Assembly (NCBI GenBank): GCA_028534125.1
Contig: CM052817.1
Location: 93,436,001-93,500,000 of the forward strand
Direction of reading: 5' to 3'
DNA: 64,000 bases
From: Lama glama
Lineage: Eukaryota
A program made the position numbers and the translations under genes. Of the stretch, positions 1 to 12,943 are shown piece by piece. The notes below the pieces were generated by a model. That model was not told where the DNA came from. It saw only the letters and a program-made list of their open reading frames with translations, and made no database searches. Within the stretch, counting starts at the first letter, position 1; every line of letters begins with the position of its first letter.

Positions 1-3000
1 CACCATAACTCCACTTTTCTGGAGTCAGGCTCAAGCTAGGTATTTAGATTTTAGAGGGGTAATTATTAGGTAACCCGAAGTCACATCATCTGTTTCTGAA
101 TATTTATGGAAAGCACTTTGATACTGACAGAGAAATAAAGTTAGTATATAAATTTCCCATATGTGGAATTACATTAATCTCTGAGTATAACAACGTTCAA
201 CTGTCATAAGAATATTGGTGGATGAGTGATTTTTAAATACATTTAGTGCTAAATCATAAATGTACTATTTACACCCTGCTTACACTATGGATATTAAAGA
301 ATAGCACAGAAATACGCTATTAGCTCCTGAAATCTAAGAACCTTCAGGGGAAATACGCTACCTTAGAGCATGAGGGAACTCAATTCCCTAACCAAAAAAT
401 TATAAACAAACTGAGTGATAGCAGAATTATATTTACTTAAGAAACCCCTATGAATAGGATTCTTTATGGGAGGATTCAGAGCTTCTGGCAGGTACCTGTG
501 GCAGCAGAATTTAGAAATTAGCTTCATTGTTACATCTTTGTCTTGGAATCACATCAGCAAGCAATGACTGAAAGACCCACGAACGGCAAATAATAATGAA
601 TGGATGACAAATCATAAGAGGGAAGAACGACACCTTTAATTTTGAAAACAAACCCCTTATTTCCAGCACAAGAGACCTATTAACAGGACATCGGAAAAGC
701 ATCTTTCCACGTACTCACAATGTGGCACATCATAGGGCCTGACTTAAAATACAGCTTGGAAATCCAACGTCGAGTTTTTTAAGTTAAAGTTGCAGAACAT
801 ACTTCATCTGCACCAGAGCAGTAGCTGCCGATAAGACGGCTCTTTCATTTTCTAATCCAAGTTTTTCTGTCTGTTTTACACAATCAGCCAGCAGTCAGGA
901 CCAAAGACGCAAGCAGATCCACACGCACGCACACTCGTATCTGGTAAAGCAATTCGACTTAAACTATAACTGTTCAACAAATGCCAAAATATTTCTATTC
1001 CTTTAAACCATTCAAAGCTTTTAAAATATATCCTCTCAGATGTCTAAGGAATTTGCTGTCTCAAGGAGACATGTGAAATCTAGAATCGTTAACACTTAAA
1101 ATGCTTAACAGTTGGAGTATCTCCATCATTTACAATGCATGTTTTGTGCTTAAAGTGTGTTTATTCTTGGTGCCTAAAGAGGCTGGCTAATTGGAGCTAA
1201 TGAGTTCAAGCACTTGACGGGGGACCATTGAAAACAGTGCACTAAGCAAAGTCCAACGCAGGGACAACAGAAACCAGGGGCGTTTTCATAAATTCTTTGT
1301 ATCAATAGTTGTGCTTTTACCTTTCCCACTTCTTAGAGTGAATTTTCCTTTGCTGCTGCCAGGAAGAAACTTTCAAACATCCTCAGAGAAGGGTGCTCAT
1401 GATTGGCACAGACTGCAGGAGACCACAGCCAAGGAAATTCGGAGACTTTAATCTAATCACGCTGAGTGGAATTCAGTGTTTAGGGACAATCGTGGGCAAG
1501 TGAGTGTTTAACAACTGGTTCTCAGAGGCTGGGATGGGAGGGGAAGCTATGATTTATGGAGTGTGCCCATTTCAGTGGTGAAATCACCCTCAGCCTGGCC
1601 CATTTCAAGCTACCACGTGAGACAGCAGATGGTGGAGCTGGGAAGAGATGCGTGATCAGCCGCCCAGGGCTGGTGGAAGGCGGCTCCAGCACACCACCGC
1701 GGGATCACATGCGGAAGTCAGCACAGCAGAGGTGTTTGGGACCCAGATCGACTGAGATCTCAGTGTACGTGAGCCTGACTGCAGCCACGCAGGCATCTAT
1801 TCCAGAAAGAACTTAATATAACACCACTAGATTATCATTAATAATTTGAAAATGAAGCCATCTTTAGTCGCGTATCATGGGAACTAAGACCCTATCTCAG
1901 AAACCAACGATTTTAACTAAGTTTAAACTCAGGGGAATGCAATTATCTGGGTAAGAGATGACCCAGTACCATCTATTCACTTAGATTCCCAGTAGCTGCT
2001 GAGAAATGCTTTGAAAAATCAGTGGAAACTCTGGCCCTGGGAAAGACACAGAAGCACACAAAGAAGCTGGCTGGCCAGAGTTGGTCTCATGACATAGCTG
2101 GGGTCCGGAGTCAATTCTAAGTGCCCTGGCCGCTAGAATTAAGATGCTACAAAATGTTCTCTATTTGGAGCCTCTGACTGTCAACTTTACAGGTCACAGA
2201 CCATGTTATGCATCAATGTTTAGAAACGTATTTTCACTCAATGTACCACAAGGCTGGAAAAAAAACCCTAATATTATCAGTACATACCCTAATCCATAAA
2301 CAGAACTATTCATTAATCCAGTACTTTTAGATTAGAGAGTAAACTCTTAGGAGAATCTTCCATTAAGGAATTTTTAATAATTGTTTTAATTAAGCAAACA
2401 AATTTCTTTAAGGCAATTAATCATGACAATCATTTTGCCTCCTTAAGAAAAGTTAATTTTTAGAGCAGCTGTCTGGCACAAGTTTTATTTCACAGCTTAT
2501 TTCAAACCAAGCCATATAATAAGACAAGTTATATGACAGTCTGTGCTTATATTACCATGTTTCGGGAACTTCAGACAATTTACGTATATAAAAAGAGATT
2601 TACGACGCTATAACAAGACTTCATTTTTGGATTTTTTTCCTTTTCTTGAAAATAAAACATGAGGTAAATATGGCTAGACATTTAGTACAGGTTTTGTAAT
2701 AATAGATTAGTAGTCTTCGTGGACACATCAATATTCATAAAAAGAACAATGGAACAGAAGAGCATTATTCTTAAAGCAAAAGAGAAACATTTCTCAGTGT
2801 CCTTGGGAAACGAATAGGAAAACTTATTAAAGAGGGAGACAAAGAAAAACACTTTTTGTGAGGAGATTTAGAAAACAGAAAAAAGACAGGGTCACATTTG
2901 TCATGATGAAAATCCACATCAGAGTGTTCTATTATTTATGAGCTAAGGGGCCTCGGGGCTAGAAGACATTGGAAATAATTTAATTCAGCAATTTAAAAAT

Positions 3001-3024
3001 ATTTTGTGAAATAAATTTTAAAAA

Positions 3025-3320
3025 ACTTTTCCAGCTTTACTGAGGTATAACTGACAAATGAAGATGGTATATATTTAAAGTATACAACCATGCTGGTTTG
3101 ATACACATATATGTTGTGAAATGATTACTGCCATCAAGCTGATTAACACATCCGTCATCTCACTACAGTTACCTTTCCTGAGTGTGGTGAGAACACTTAA
3201 GATCAGCTCTTAGCAATTTTCAAATATGTAAGACAGTATTGTTAACTATAGTCACCATGCTGCACATCCCCAGAACTTCGTCTTATAACTGGAAGTGGGT
3301 ACCTTCTGTTCAGCATCTCC
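3025..3320 (-). mobile_element. Old L1 (L1M-type) 3' end fragment
   Basis: cagctttactgaggtataactgac...ttaactatagtcaccatgctg is the typical reverse complement of an L1MA/MB 3' UTR. Confidence 0.75.
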
Positions 3321-3509
3321 CTGGTCTCTTAATTAGCTCAGAACAAAATCAGGTCCAGGCTCAATGATTTCTATTTCCTTTAAAACCTTAGAAAACCACA
3401 GACAAGTAGCCACAATGAGAACCTTGAAACATGAAGACAGACTACAGGGAAGAACCCATCTCAGGTGCATCCTGAGCATCCTGTCTGATTGGATGAGCCG
3501 GGGCCACAC

Positions 3510-3650
3510 GTTCACTGTGTTCCTGATCCTCAGAGACAGGTTGCTGGATCATTCGGGAGCTGGTTAGAGATGCAGAACCTCAGGTCCTGCCTCAGACTGC
3601 TCAGTTAGCATCTGCCCTGCACAGGGTCCTCGGGTGATCCTGAGAAGCCC
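3510..3650. mobile_element. MER5-like hAT-Charlie DNA transposon relic
   Basis: gagctggttagagatgcagaacctcaggtcctgcctcagactgct...gggtgatcct resembles the MER5A core. Confidence 0.55.
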
Positions 3651-4769
3651 AGATGCAAAGGAGGCTTCCTTCCAAAATGGAGGAGAGTTCGCTAAATGAC
3701 CAGATTTTTCCTTCCTATCCTTTATTATTCAAATTCTGTTTTATAGACATCAGAAAGACTGGAAACTAATAGTACATTTAGTTAATATATATAAACATAT
3801 ATTTATGATGTTACATCACAATCAGGTTCTCATACATAAGAAAAAAGGATTGGTAATAAACATTCTAAAATTCAACTGCATAACTGCATGATCTTGTCAT
3901 TGTTACAGGTACTAAATTCACAGGGTTTTTTTTTTTTTTGGTGTTTTGTTTTGGTTTTTAATTCACACTGCATTTAGGCAGTGGGTGAGCTGCCTTTAAG
4001 TACAGAATGGATAAATTCTCTAGGGAGCAACCACACCTATGGCAAACACACTCCCCTGAAAGCCCACTAGAATTTTGGCCTCATAAGATCTCCCAAGGAT
4101 GATGCCAGTAACTCAGACTGGCTGGCTAATTGTCTGTGTGCTACTTCCTGGGAAAAATGCAGGGAAAAAAAAAGTCTAAGGGTCCAAGAATTCCCAAAGC
4201 AGCTGGAGGAGTTATAAAAAGAAAGGCATCTGACCATTTCCATGGGAGCCTCTTCACTTCTCCCATTTTCTTTATTAATAGTAACTCAGATTAAACCTTT
4301 CAATAACAAAACCAAAAATTCTAGTGAACTGGCTCCTAATATTTGCCTGGGAGACAGGAAGCTTCTCTTCCCTACCTTCAGCTCTGATCCTGTTATTATT
4401 ATTTTTTTAATCCAAACTACCTCGTGTTAAAGCCTCACCTCATCTATCTTACTCTTTAGAATTTAGCTATCAGTAGCAGCATTGATTTTCTTTGTCATAA
4501 CAATAGGTTTCTCATGTAGACCTTAAGCGTGGCTTTGCTTTCACATGCCAGAAGGGAAGAAATACGCAAATCTAATGGATATTTATTATGTATTCACCTT
4601 GTTATGCTAGTCATGTTAACTTCTCAACCACTAAGCGCAATCTGAAATTTTAAAATAGTGCCTTCAAACACCCTTGGGAGACAGGCAGAATCAATCACCA
4701 AATTGCAGAACATGGAGAATGGAGAGTCAACAGATTTTCAAAAAGTTGTTAATCTATTTTTAGCAGAAA

Positions 4770-5745
4770 GAAAACTTTATAGTCATATGTGTACCATTTA
4801 ATATGTACCAATTAAAACCAGTGTAACCACCCCCTGTGGAAGAAATGCAACTTACTAACAACCTAGAAAACCTTCTTTATGAGCCTTTTCCCCAATACAA
4901 CCCCAATCTTCTCCACCAGAGATAACCATTGTCCTTTTGTAGTGATTTCCTTTCTTTTTCCTTAAAGAATTACTGATAAAGAATGCTTGCCTAAACATAA
5001 AAAAAAGTGTAAACTTTCTTTTTATCTACCTTTTCACTTAATATAAAATACATAAATACATATATATCCCTTGGTCCTGCTTTGTTTACTCAACACTTTT
5101 TTGCAATTTATCCAAGTCCTAGCATATAGCTAAGGTTCATTTATTTTCATTGCCAGAGAGTAATTTATTGTATGACTATACCACAATGTATTTACCCCTA
5201 TTACTCTTGATGAATATTTGGATGACTTCCAGGTATTGGCTGGAATGACCCATTGCTGTGAAATTCTTCATGGGTATTCCGGAGGACACGTACAAATCAC
5301 TTTCTAGGGTAATTACCCTGGAGAGCTGCTCTGTCTTCAGAGATCACATCGTTGACTGAACTAGAATGCTAAGTTGTTTTTCAAAATGGTTATATCACTT
5401 ATCTCCAACTATACGAAAATCTCGCATTTTTATTGATACTTGAAATGATTAGATCTTTAAATTTTTTGCCAACAGTTGATATGCAATTATATCTCATTGT
5501 AGTTTTAATTAACATTTCTCTATTTAATGAAGCTCATTCCCAAATGTTTATTTCTTTTTGGTGAAGTGCTGGTTCTAATCTTTTTTCCCCTACAATTACT
5601 TGTCTTATTTTTATTGATTTGCAGGTGTCCTTTATATATTTGATATATACAATGAATCTTAATCCTTGGTAATTTATAAGTGTTGCAAATGTCTCCTCCC
5701 CTCTATGACTTGTCCTTTCACTCTTTTTAGGGTGTCTCTTCCACC
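4770..5745 (-). mobile_element. Ancient L1 (L1MC/ME-type) 3' fragment
   Basis: Diverged antisense L1 motifs (ttcatttattttcattgc, ctcattgtagttttaatt, tgttgcaaatgtctcctccc). Confidence 0.7.
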
Positions 5746-6339
5746 TGATTCTTAAAATGCCCGTACCTGAAAGCATTATGACATGGTGAGGAAAAAGGAA
5801 CACAGAACCAAACACCTGTAAAAGATGACATCTCAAGAACACACCCGATATCATGATCTCCAGTTTTGCACTCTGGAAGTGATCCGTCGGCACTTACATA
5901 CCTGCTTTCATCTGTATCAGTCTAAACTTGTCTAGGTATCACTTTGCAAATGTTTTCGAGACTCTCTCTCTGTGTCTGAAACCCTCCATTCCACAGAACT
6001 CCAACACTGAGATACTGACCTGTATCTAACAGACGCTCTAATTTAAAAAGTCCAGTTGCTTAAGTGCCACATGCCAGACTAGTCATCCAATTGTCCTAGT
6101 AGTTTCTAATTAAAGGTAACGCTGAAAGAAAATGACTAGGCTGCATACAGAAATCTGTCCCTTTGCTTTGACATCGGCCCTACTAATGAGTGAGTTGTTT
6201 TCTGTTTTCCCTGCCTTCCAAATTCAAAAAAGTAAGGCTCTCAAAGCTCCAATGCCTCATAAGTACTAAATATTTGCTATTAATCTATTCTGATGACCAT
6301 AGCCATAGAAAACACATTTCAAGATCCTAATTTCCATAT

Positions 6340-6825
6340 GTTGGAATTTGTGCCAAATATACCGGATCCTATTCACTCCTCCCGATCCCGCACTCTACTC
6401 TTCCCCACCTTGGCCTTCTGCCCCTGGGGGGCTGAGCTGTGTGGAAGACACCCAGGGGCTCCTCTGTCCTCCTCTGACTTTTAGCTGGGTTCCTACGGTG
6501 GAGACCCCGGCAGCAGGCTGGAAGGCCACGGAGGGACAGAAAGGTCAGGATGTACATGCCCTTGGCTCCCCTCCTGCGAGGTGGCACCTGGTAGCCCTAT
6601 CCCTCGACCACACTGGCCTTCCCAAGTCTCTCTGTTTTCTGAAAACTGTTCCGCCTTCTTCCCTTCAGGTCTAGGAATGATAACAGCACCACCATTATCA
6701 AACCAGGTTACTGCACCACTCTTCGTGATTCTACTTTGTAAATAGTCCCTTTGTAAATAAACCCTCCTGGAATTATCCTCATTTGCGAGTGGCATCTGTT
6801 TCCTGTTGGGACTGCGGCTGATCCA
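6340..6825 (+). mobile_element. ERVL-type solo LTR (LTR33/LTR41-like)
   Basis: 3' terminus ctttgtaaatagtccc...aataaa...gagtggcatctgtttcctgttgggactgcggctgatcca. Confidence 0.6.
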
Positions 6826-8079
6826 GACTTAATAGCCATGCTTGTGTGCAAAAAGAGAAGCAAAACAGAGCACTGAGGTAGATTACCCTAAGCGCTGCTG
6901 GCCTGGGCCCCTGTGCAAAGCACACAGCCGCACACCTACTCTTGTCTGCGGAGCTAACAGAAGAACCCCAGGAAGCCCAAAAATGATGTGGGACCCTGGG
7001 AATGTAGTAAATAATGAAACAAAATGATTCTTCCCCTTGGAAGGATGGGCTCTTCTTACCAGGACGAGGTTGGAGACCCCAGTCATGATCTGCCAGCTGG
7101 TGAAAAGCACTTCCCTCTCACAACTACCCTCTGCAGCCTCTTGCTTAACTCATCCATTCTCTCTACCATATTCTGAAACTGAAAGGGGCCAGTATTAGTG
7201 CAGGAAAGTGAATTATGTTTCAAGTGACCCCCATACCTCCTGCTTTGAACTTCAGAGTTTTGTTTTTTCCTGACTGTTATGTTTTTCTTTCCCTAGAGAA
7301 AAGAGACAGTTCATTTGATACTTATTCACCTATTCTTTACTGTACAGATTTCTTCTTTTCTCACGCTTTGAAATAATATTAAATAACAAAAAGTTCTCAT
7401 TTTAACGTGATTTATGCAAAACTAAAAAGCAATTATTAAACTGGAAAAAAGGAACAAATTACAATTAGCTACATGAATAAATACCTCAGGGTGCAGCAAA
7501 GAAATACTTTTATTTTTTCAGCTACAAGACTGTCTTCTTAAGGAAAAGTCTTATTATTCGTATACCACAGAAATGAAAGTCTCTCAAACTAGGGTATATT
7601 TAACACCATAAATAGTGCATCAAGCGGAGGAGAGATTTTCTGAACTGAAATTACTACCTGGAAATACATAAGGTAAACCTGGTACAGGGAGGAGCAGAGG
7701 GGGCCTCTCTCCACGTGTTCACCTATTGGAAAGGCAGCCTCAGTTCCTTGAGAAAAAGACAGGAAGGCTTAGTTTGAGGATCTCTTGTTTCCCAGCTTTC
7801 TAGATGCTGTGGCAGGTAGCAGGGGCAACAGAACAGTGGATATGAGAGCCAGCCACCCTCCGTGAAAGGATCTTCCCCTTCCTTGAAAACATGACCCAGT
7901 GTGTGTGCGGTGGGGCCTCCGGCCTCCCCTCTGTCAGCATCCAACAAGACTAAACCGAAGTGAGCTGAAGACCCCTATACAGGCACGAACTCACAGAGGA
8001 GCTTTCTCTAGAAGGTCTTTAAATACCATCTGGAGGGAAAAAGAACTGCAGCCCTTTTGTTTTTTTCACCTCCAGTCCT

Positions 8080-8100
8080 AAAAAAAAAAAAAAAAAAAAA
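8080..8100 (+). repeat. Poly(A) run, A21
   Basis: Seen directly. Confidence 0.95.
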
Positions 8101-8599
8101 CACCTAGACAGCTAAACTTCCCAGTTACAAGGTCATACTCCAGGAACTTAAAGTGAGGTTCACAATGCATTTGCCATGATTTTACTAGAGATCCGGATGA
8201 TAAAAATTCAACTACATTTTTTTTATTAAACAGAAAAACACTACACAGGTTCCACTGTGCTTCCTAGTGAATATATAAATACATTATTTGATTGGAAAAG
8301 CCACTTTTGTCTCTCCCTTGACCCCACTCATTACTTTATTGAAAGCAACGGGGAGTCCCTTCACGTCAATACTATTGGTGTCTAAGTCAACACTACACTT
8401 ACTATGTTTCTAAACAGATGTCCACGAAAACACATACATATTTTATTTTAAGGAGTAGATTAGGATTAAGAACATCCTCAAACGTAGAAATTACAAGACG
8501 TAGGTTATACTTGGAAGAGCTACCAAAGTCCAGGTAGACAACAATCTTATATAGTTGCGTTTTATTTCTTTTGGATCCTATGTAGATGGAAAAATATTG

Positions 8600-9100
8600 C
8601 ACTTAAGGCATGGACATTTAAGTCAATAACATCTGGCTGTGAATCCCAGTAGATGTGTGACCTTGGTTAATTTACTGAATGTGGCAGACAGACCTCAGGG
8701 TGCCTCTCATGATCTCTGCCCTCTGGTGTTCCTGTTTATAATCCCGTTGCCTTGAGTGCAGGCAAGACCTATGACTTGCTTCTAACCTAGAATATGGCAA
8801 AGGTGACAGAATGTCACTCTTACAATTGTTATATTACATGGCAGAGATGACATGATGTCAACCGGTGATTATATCACATTACATAAAACTCTTTTTCAGC
8901 AGACGATAAGGTAATAAATGTGTGCTGTTTGAAGGTGCTAAACTTGTGATGATTTGTCATACACTTTTCTAATCGTTAGCTTCCTCACATGTAAAATACA
9001 AATGACAGAACCTCCCAGAGTAGCTGTGAGCATTAAATACAATTCTGTTTGCAACACACACTCCAGGACCTGGCTTATGGAAAGCTCTCAAAAATCTGTA
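8600..9100 (+). mobile_element. MIR interrupted by an MLT1 (MaLR) LTR at ~8680-8963
   Basis: MIR core (tgtgtgaccttgg...; ttcctcacatgtaaaat...) is split by tgtggcagacagac...aataaatgtgtgctgtttgaagg...ttgtcataca. Confidence 0.6.
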
Positions 9101-12100
9101 GTCACATCACTACTCCTAGCATCCTAGAAAGTAAATCTCAGGAGAGTGAATACAAGAAAAGGCCTTGGGAAGAGGTGAGAGCTACTGATGTTAATAGTGA
9201 AGATGCAACCAAATAATACTGATTAAACAAGAGCAAATTTAATTTTATTACATCTGATTTCTAGAACAGTCCTAAACAAAATTGAGAAAGGGAAGACACT
9301 CATCCTGAGCACCCTCCCTTTGTCCTTTCAAGCCCTCCCCACCTTCTTCCCACACTCTCTCAGCTCTTTGGTACTGGGTGCCCCTTAGTAGCTGTGTGTG
9401 CTGAGGATCAAGGAATCCACTTTTTAGGTCGGGATGCTCATAACAGCTTAAGCCTCACCAAAAACACAATTGCCTCTTCTGCCGGAATATAAGAATCACT
9501 GCATATTCGCAAAAGGAGTTAAATTAAAATTACAGGGAAATGTTTATAAGAACATAAACATTTTCATAATGTATAACAATTTCAAAAGGCTCTATACATT
9601 TTGTGCAGAGAAATTTTGCCGAAAAAGCACTTGGGTTTCTTAATAGCAGTCTGAACTATCTCGCTACTGCCTTGATCTTTGACACTGAGCTTTATTTATT
9701 ACTCTCATTTTGATTTCAGATCATTTTAATTACTAATAAAAAGCAAGTACCAACACTGAATGGATTATTACTTATGTGGATGCTTTTAAAGCTGGAACAG
9801 TTAGTGGCCTCATTCCAAAAGTTCTATAAACCATTTTTATAAGTGAACAGTGTCATAAAAATTTTGGATAAAAACTCTGTAATTAGCGGAGAAATGTGAA
9901 GCAAAGAGGGACTATCACTTTAAGTGTGTCAAGTACAAATCAACATCATTAACTTAAGTGTAAACTTTCATGTATCCCTCAATTTCATCAGAAGAAAAAC
10001 CATCAGTAAGAAAATGATGGATTTCACTTCTAGCCTATCAACTCAAACATCTGAATTTGAAGAAATGTGAATATTAGCAGCATAAAAGCCAATGTGAAAC
10101 AATTTTGTGATCTCAGCTGATTCCAAGAGAATAAATAGGACGTTTTCCAATATAACCCAATGGGTGCCACCAAAATTGATATCCTAAGTAGTAAATTAAC
10201 CAGAGAGCTCAAGAAATGAGTAGAATACACAGCCCATTCTAAGGGCTGTATTTCATATTATGTAGTGACAAAGATATCGATATTCTAGAGGTGAAGGGGG
10301 AGGCAGATATAGGACATTTATTTAATGGATTATGAGAATATCCTTTGCTTTTGAGTTCACATAAATCCCGAAACCTGTGAAGGCTTAAAAGATACCTGAA
10401 AGTTTATAATAAATCAAACTAATAAAAATTGGCCTTTGACTAAACTAGGAAATTGGAATTTTGCCTGTTTTTTTTTTTTTTGAAATGTGAATTCCATAAT
10501 TAGAGTCCCTAGCTGATTGGACAGGATAATGACTAATAGTTCCAAACCATCCCAAATGCCTTTTATGTCTACTTTTATTTACCTTGTATTCTGATCTGTT
10601 TACCTGCTCATCAGCTGGAATGCTGATGAAGTTCAGCAGTGACTGGTGCTAGTGCAACACACATTAACTGCAAATTCAGTCAAGCCATTTAATCTCTTTG
10701 ACCTTGTCTCTAGTAAAAGAGAGGAGTCATTTTCTTTACTCTTTCCCTTTGTTTAGGGCTCAGAAGCAATAACGCATGTGAAAACAATAAAGTACTATAT
10801 AAATTTACCATAAAATTACTACAAATATTATTATTACATTTCTGGCCCTAGATAGCTCATTATGTATCACTTTTGCTAAGTAAAAGTTGCAACTTAATAA
10901 CACTTATGAATGATGAGACTTTCTGTATTTCCAAGATGTCACCATTTAGCCATTTTTAATTTTGAGTGTACTTTGGTTATCTTTCTCATAATTTCTATAA
11001 CTTAGTTCTAATCCATTCACATCCTCTAAAATGGTCACCCTCTCTTGTGAAGAATAGCATTCATTTAAAAAGAAATAACCACAGAAAGTCAAAGAAAACC
11101 TTTGCAGATGGAAAAGAGAACATTAGTCTCCTTAGTGGTACGATACTTTAGCCAGATGCAGGCTGCAAAACAAGGAAGCTAAGAGAGAGGAGAAAAATAT
11201 GTATGTTCACAAAACTTTATATAATGTATATTTTTATATAGTTTTATAGCCTCTTTCCTCAAGGGATAAGGTTTAGCAGCTTAAAGGATGGCATCATAAT
11301 GGGAAATGTAGATGTGGCAAGTTTTCCTATTTCCAGCATCCCAAGCAACTCAGCACAATCACAGAGTTCACAATCATACAGCCTCGACAAGGTATAAATT
11401 TACATAAATGGAAAAAAATAACAGGCAGAGCAAGAAAATCAACTCCCTTTTCAGCAACACACCCATCAGTCATCCAAGAAACAAGGACATAACTTTATTT
11501 GACAATATGATAAATGCTCACATCACTTAAGATGTTGATAGTTTTTCTTTAAAATATAAAGATCAAAAAAATCCTCAATTTCCACATTTTTTTTTTCCAT
11601 TTTGTGTCATTCATTTAGTACACAATATTTTCTCGAGTTGGAGGACTTTAAAACAAAACATTGTTCTCTCAGTGTCTATCATCTCATCTGATTTGTATGT
11701 AAGTGCTTTATATGCTCTCCTTAAATTATTCTTAGCTAACTGCTTGGTTCTGCTCAGTTCTATGCAGTCTTAAATTCACAACTTAATAACATTTAAGTGC
11801 ACCTAACTCACTTATATTCAAGGGAATATGCACAATAAAAAAATCTTTATGGCAGCATCTACACTTGCAAAGCCATAATATTATTCTTTAATAGAAGAAG
11901 AGGCGTTATACAGCCGTAGGTGTACTTACAACTAACTAGGTTCTGTGACAAGACAGACTACAGGCGACAGCTATCTGCAAAAAGAGGCCATTTTTTGATG
12001 AGAATTATCAATATTAACTGTCAGATAATTATTTCCTGATTTAAAAAAAAAAGTCAGCAGGGAGGAAATACTGTTGAAAACCAAAGCATCTGAAAAATAG

Positions 12101-12285
12101 TGACAAGAAAAAGATTTAGGGAAAAACATACACTATTCATTCCCAGTGTGTGACAGAAGCCTCTGAAATGCCAGATGTGGATGAAGGGCTGTGGTTACAT
12201 CACTCAACATGAGTGGCGTTTTGGACTAGGAATAGCACACAGGCTTACAAGCACACCCTCGGTAGGACGTCAAAATGTGAATTGC

Positions 12286-12443
12286 AGACTTCCGGGCAAG
12301 ATGGCGGAGTAGAAGGACGCTTGTAAGTCACCCTCTCCCACAAATACACCAAGACCCACATCTACAGACCCACTCAGCCAACCAGAGCACCTGCGGAACT
12401 CCAACAGATCATCGCCCTCTTCAAAAGATAAAGACGCCAAAAA
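12286..12443 (+). mobile_element. 5' end (5' UTR/promoter) of an L1, truncated by an assembly gap
   Basis: gacttccgggcaagatggcggagtagaaggacgc is a typical mammalian L1 start, with a YY1 site CAAGATGGCGG (12297-12307) and retained CpGs; it runs into the N gap. Confidence 0.75.
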
Positions 12444-12943
12444 NNNNNNNNNNNNNNNNNNNNNNNNNNNNNNNNNNNNNNNNNNNNNNNNNNNNNNNNN
12501 NNNNNNNNNNNNNNNNNNNNNNNNNNNNNNNNNNNNNNNNNNNNNNNNNNNNNNNNNNNNNNNNNNNNNNNNNNNNNNNNNNNNNNNNNNNNNNNNNNNN
12601 NNNNNNNNNNNNNNNNNNNNNNNNNNNNNNNNNNNNNNNNNNNNNNNNNNNNNNNNNNNNNNNNNNNNNNNNNNNNNNNNNNNNNNNNNNNNNNNNNNNN
12701 NNNNNNNNNNNNNNNNNNNNNNNNNNNNNNNNNNNNNNNNNNNNNNNNNNNNNNNNNNNNNNNNNNNNNNNNNNNNNNNNNNNNNNNNNNNNNNNNNNNN
12801 NNNNNNNNNNNNNNNNNNNNNNNNNNNNNNNNNNNNNNNNNNNNNNNNNNNNNNNNNNNNNNNNNNNNNNNNNNNNNNNNNNNNNNNNNNNNNNNNNNNN
12901 NNNNNNNNNNNNNNNNNNNNNNNNNNNNNNNNNNNNNNNNNNN
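12444..12943. other. Assembly gap (500 N)
   Basis: Seen directly; fixed-size placeholder. Confidence 1.

Noticed and set aside
309..360. 11-bp direct repeat gaaatacgcta
   Set aside because: Only two copies 41 bp apart; not an array, and no recognisable insert.
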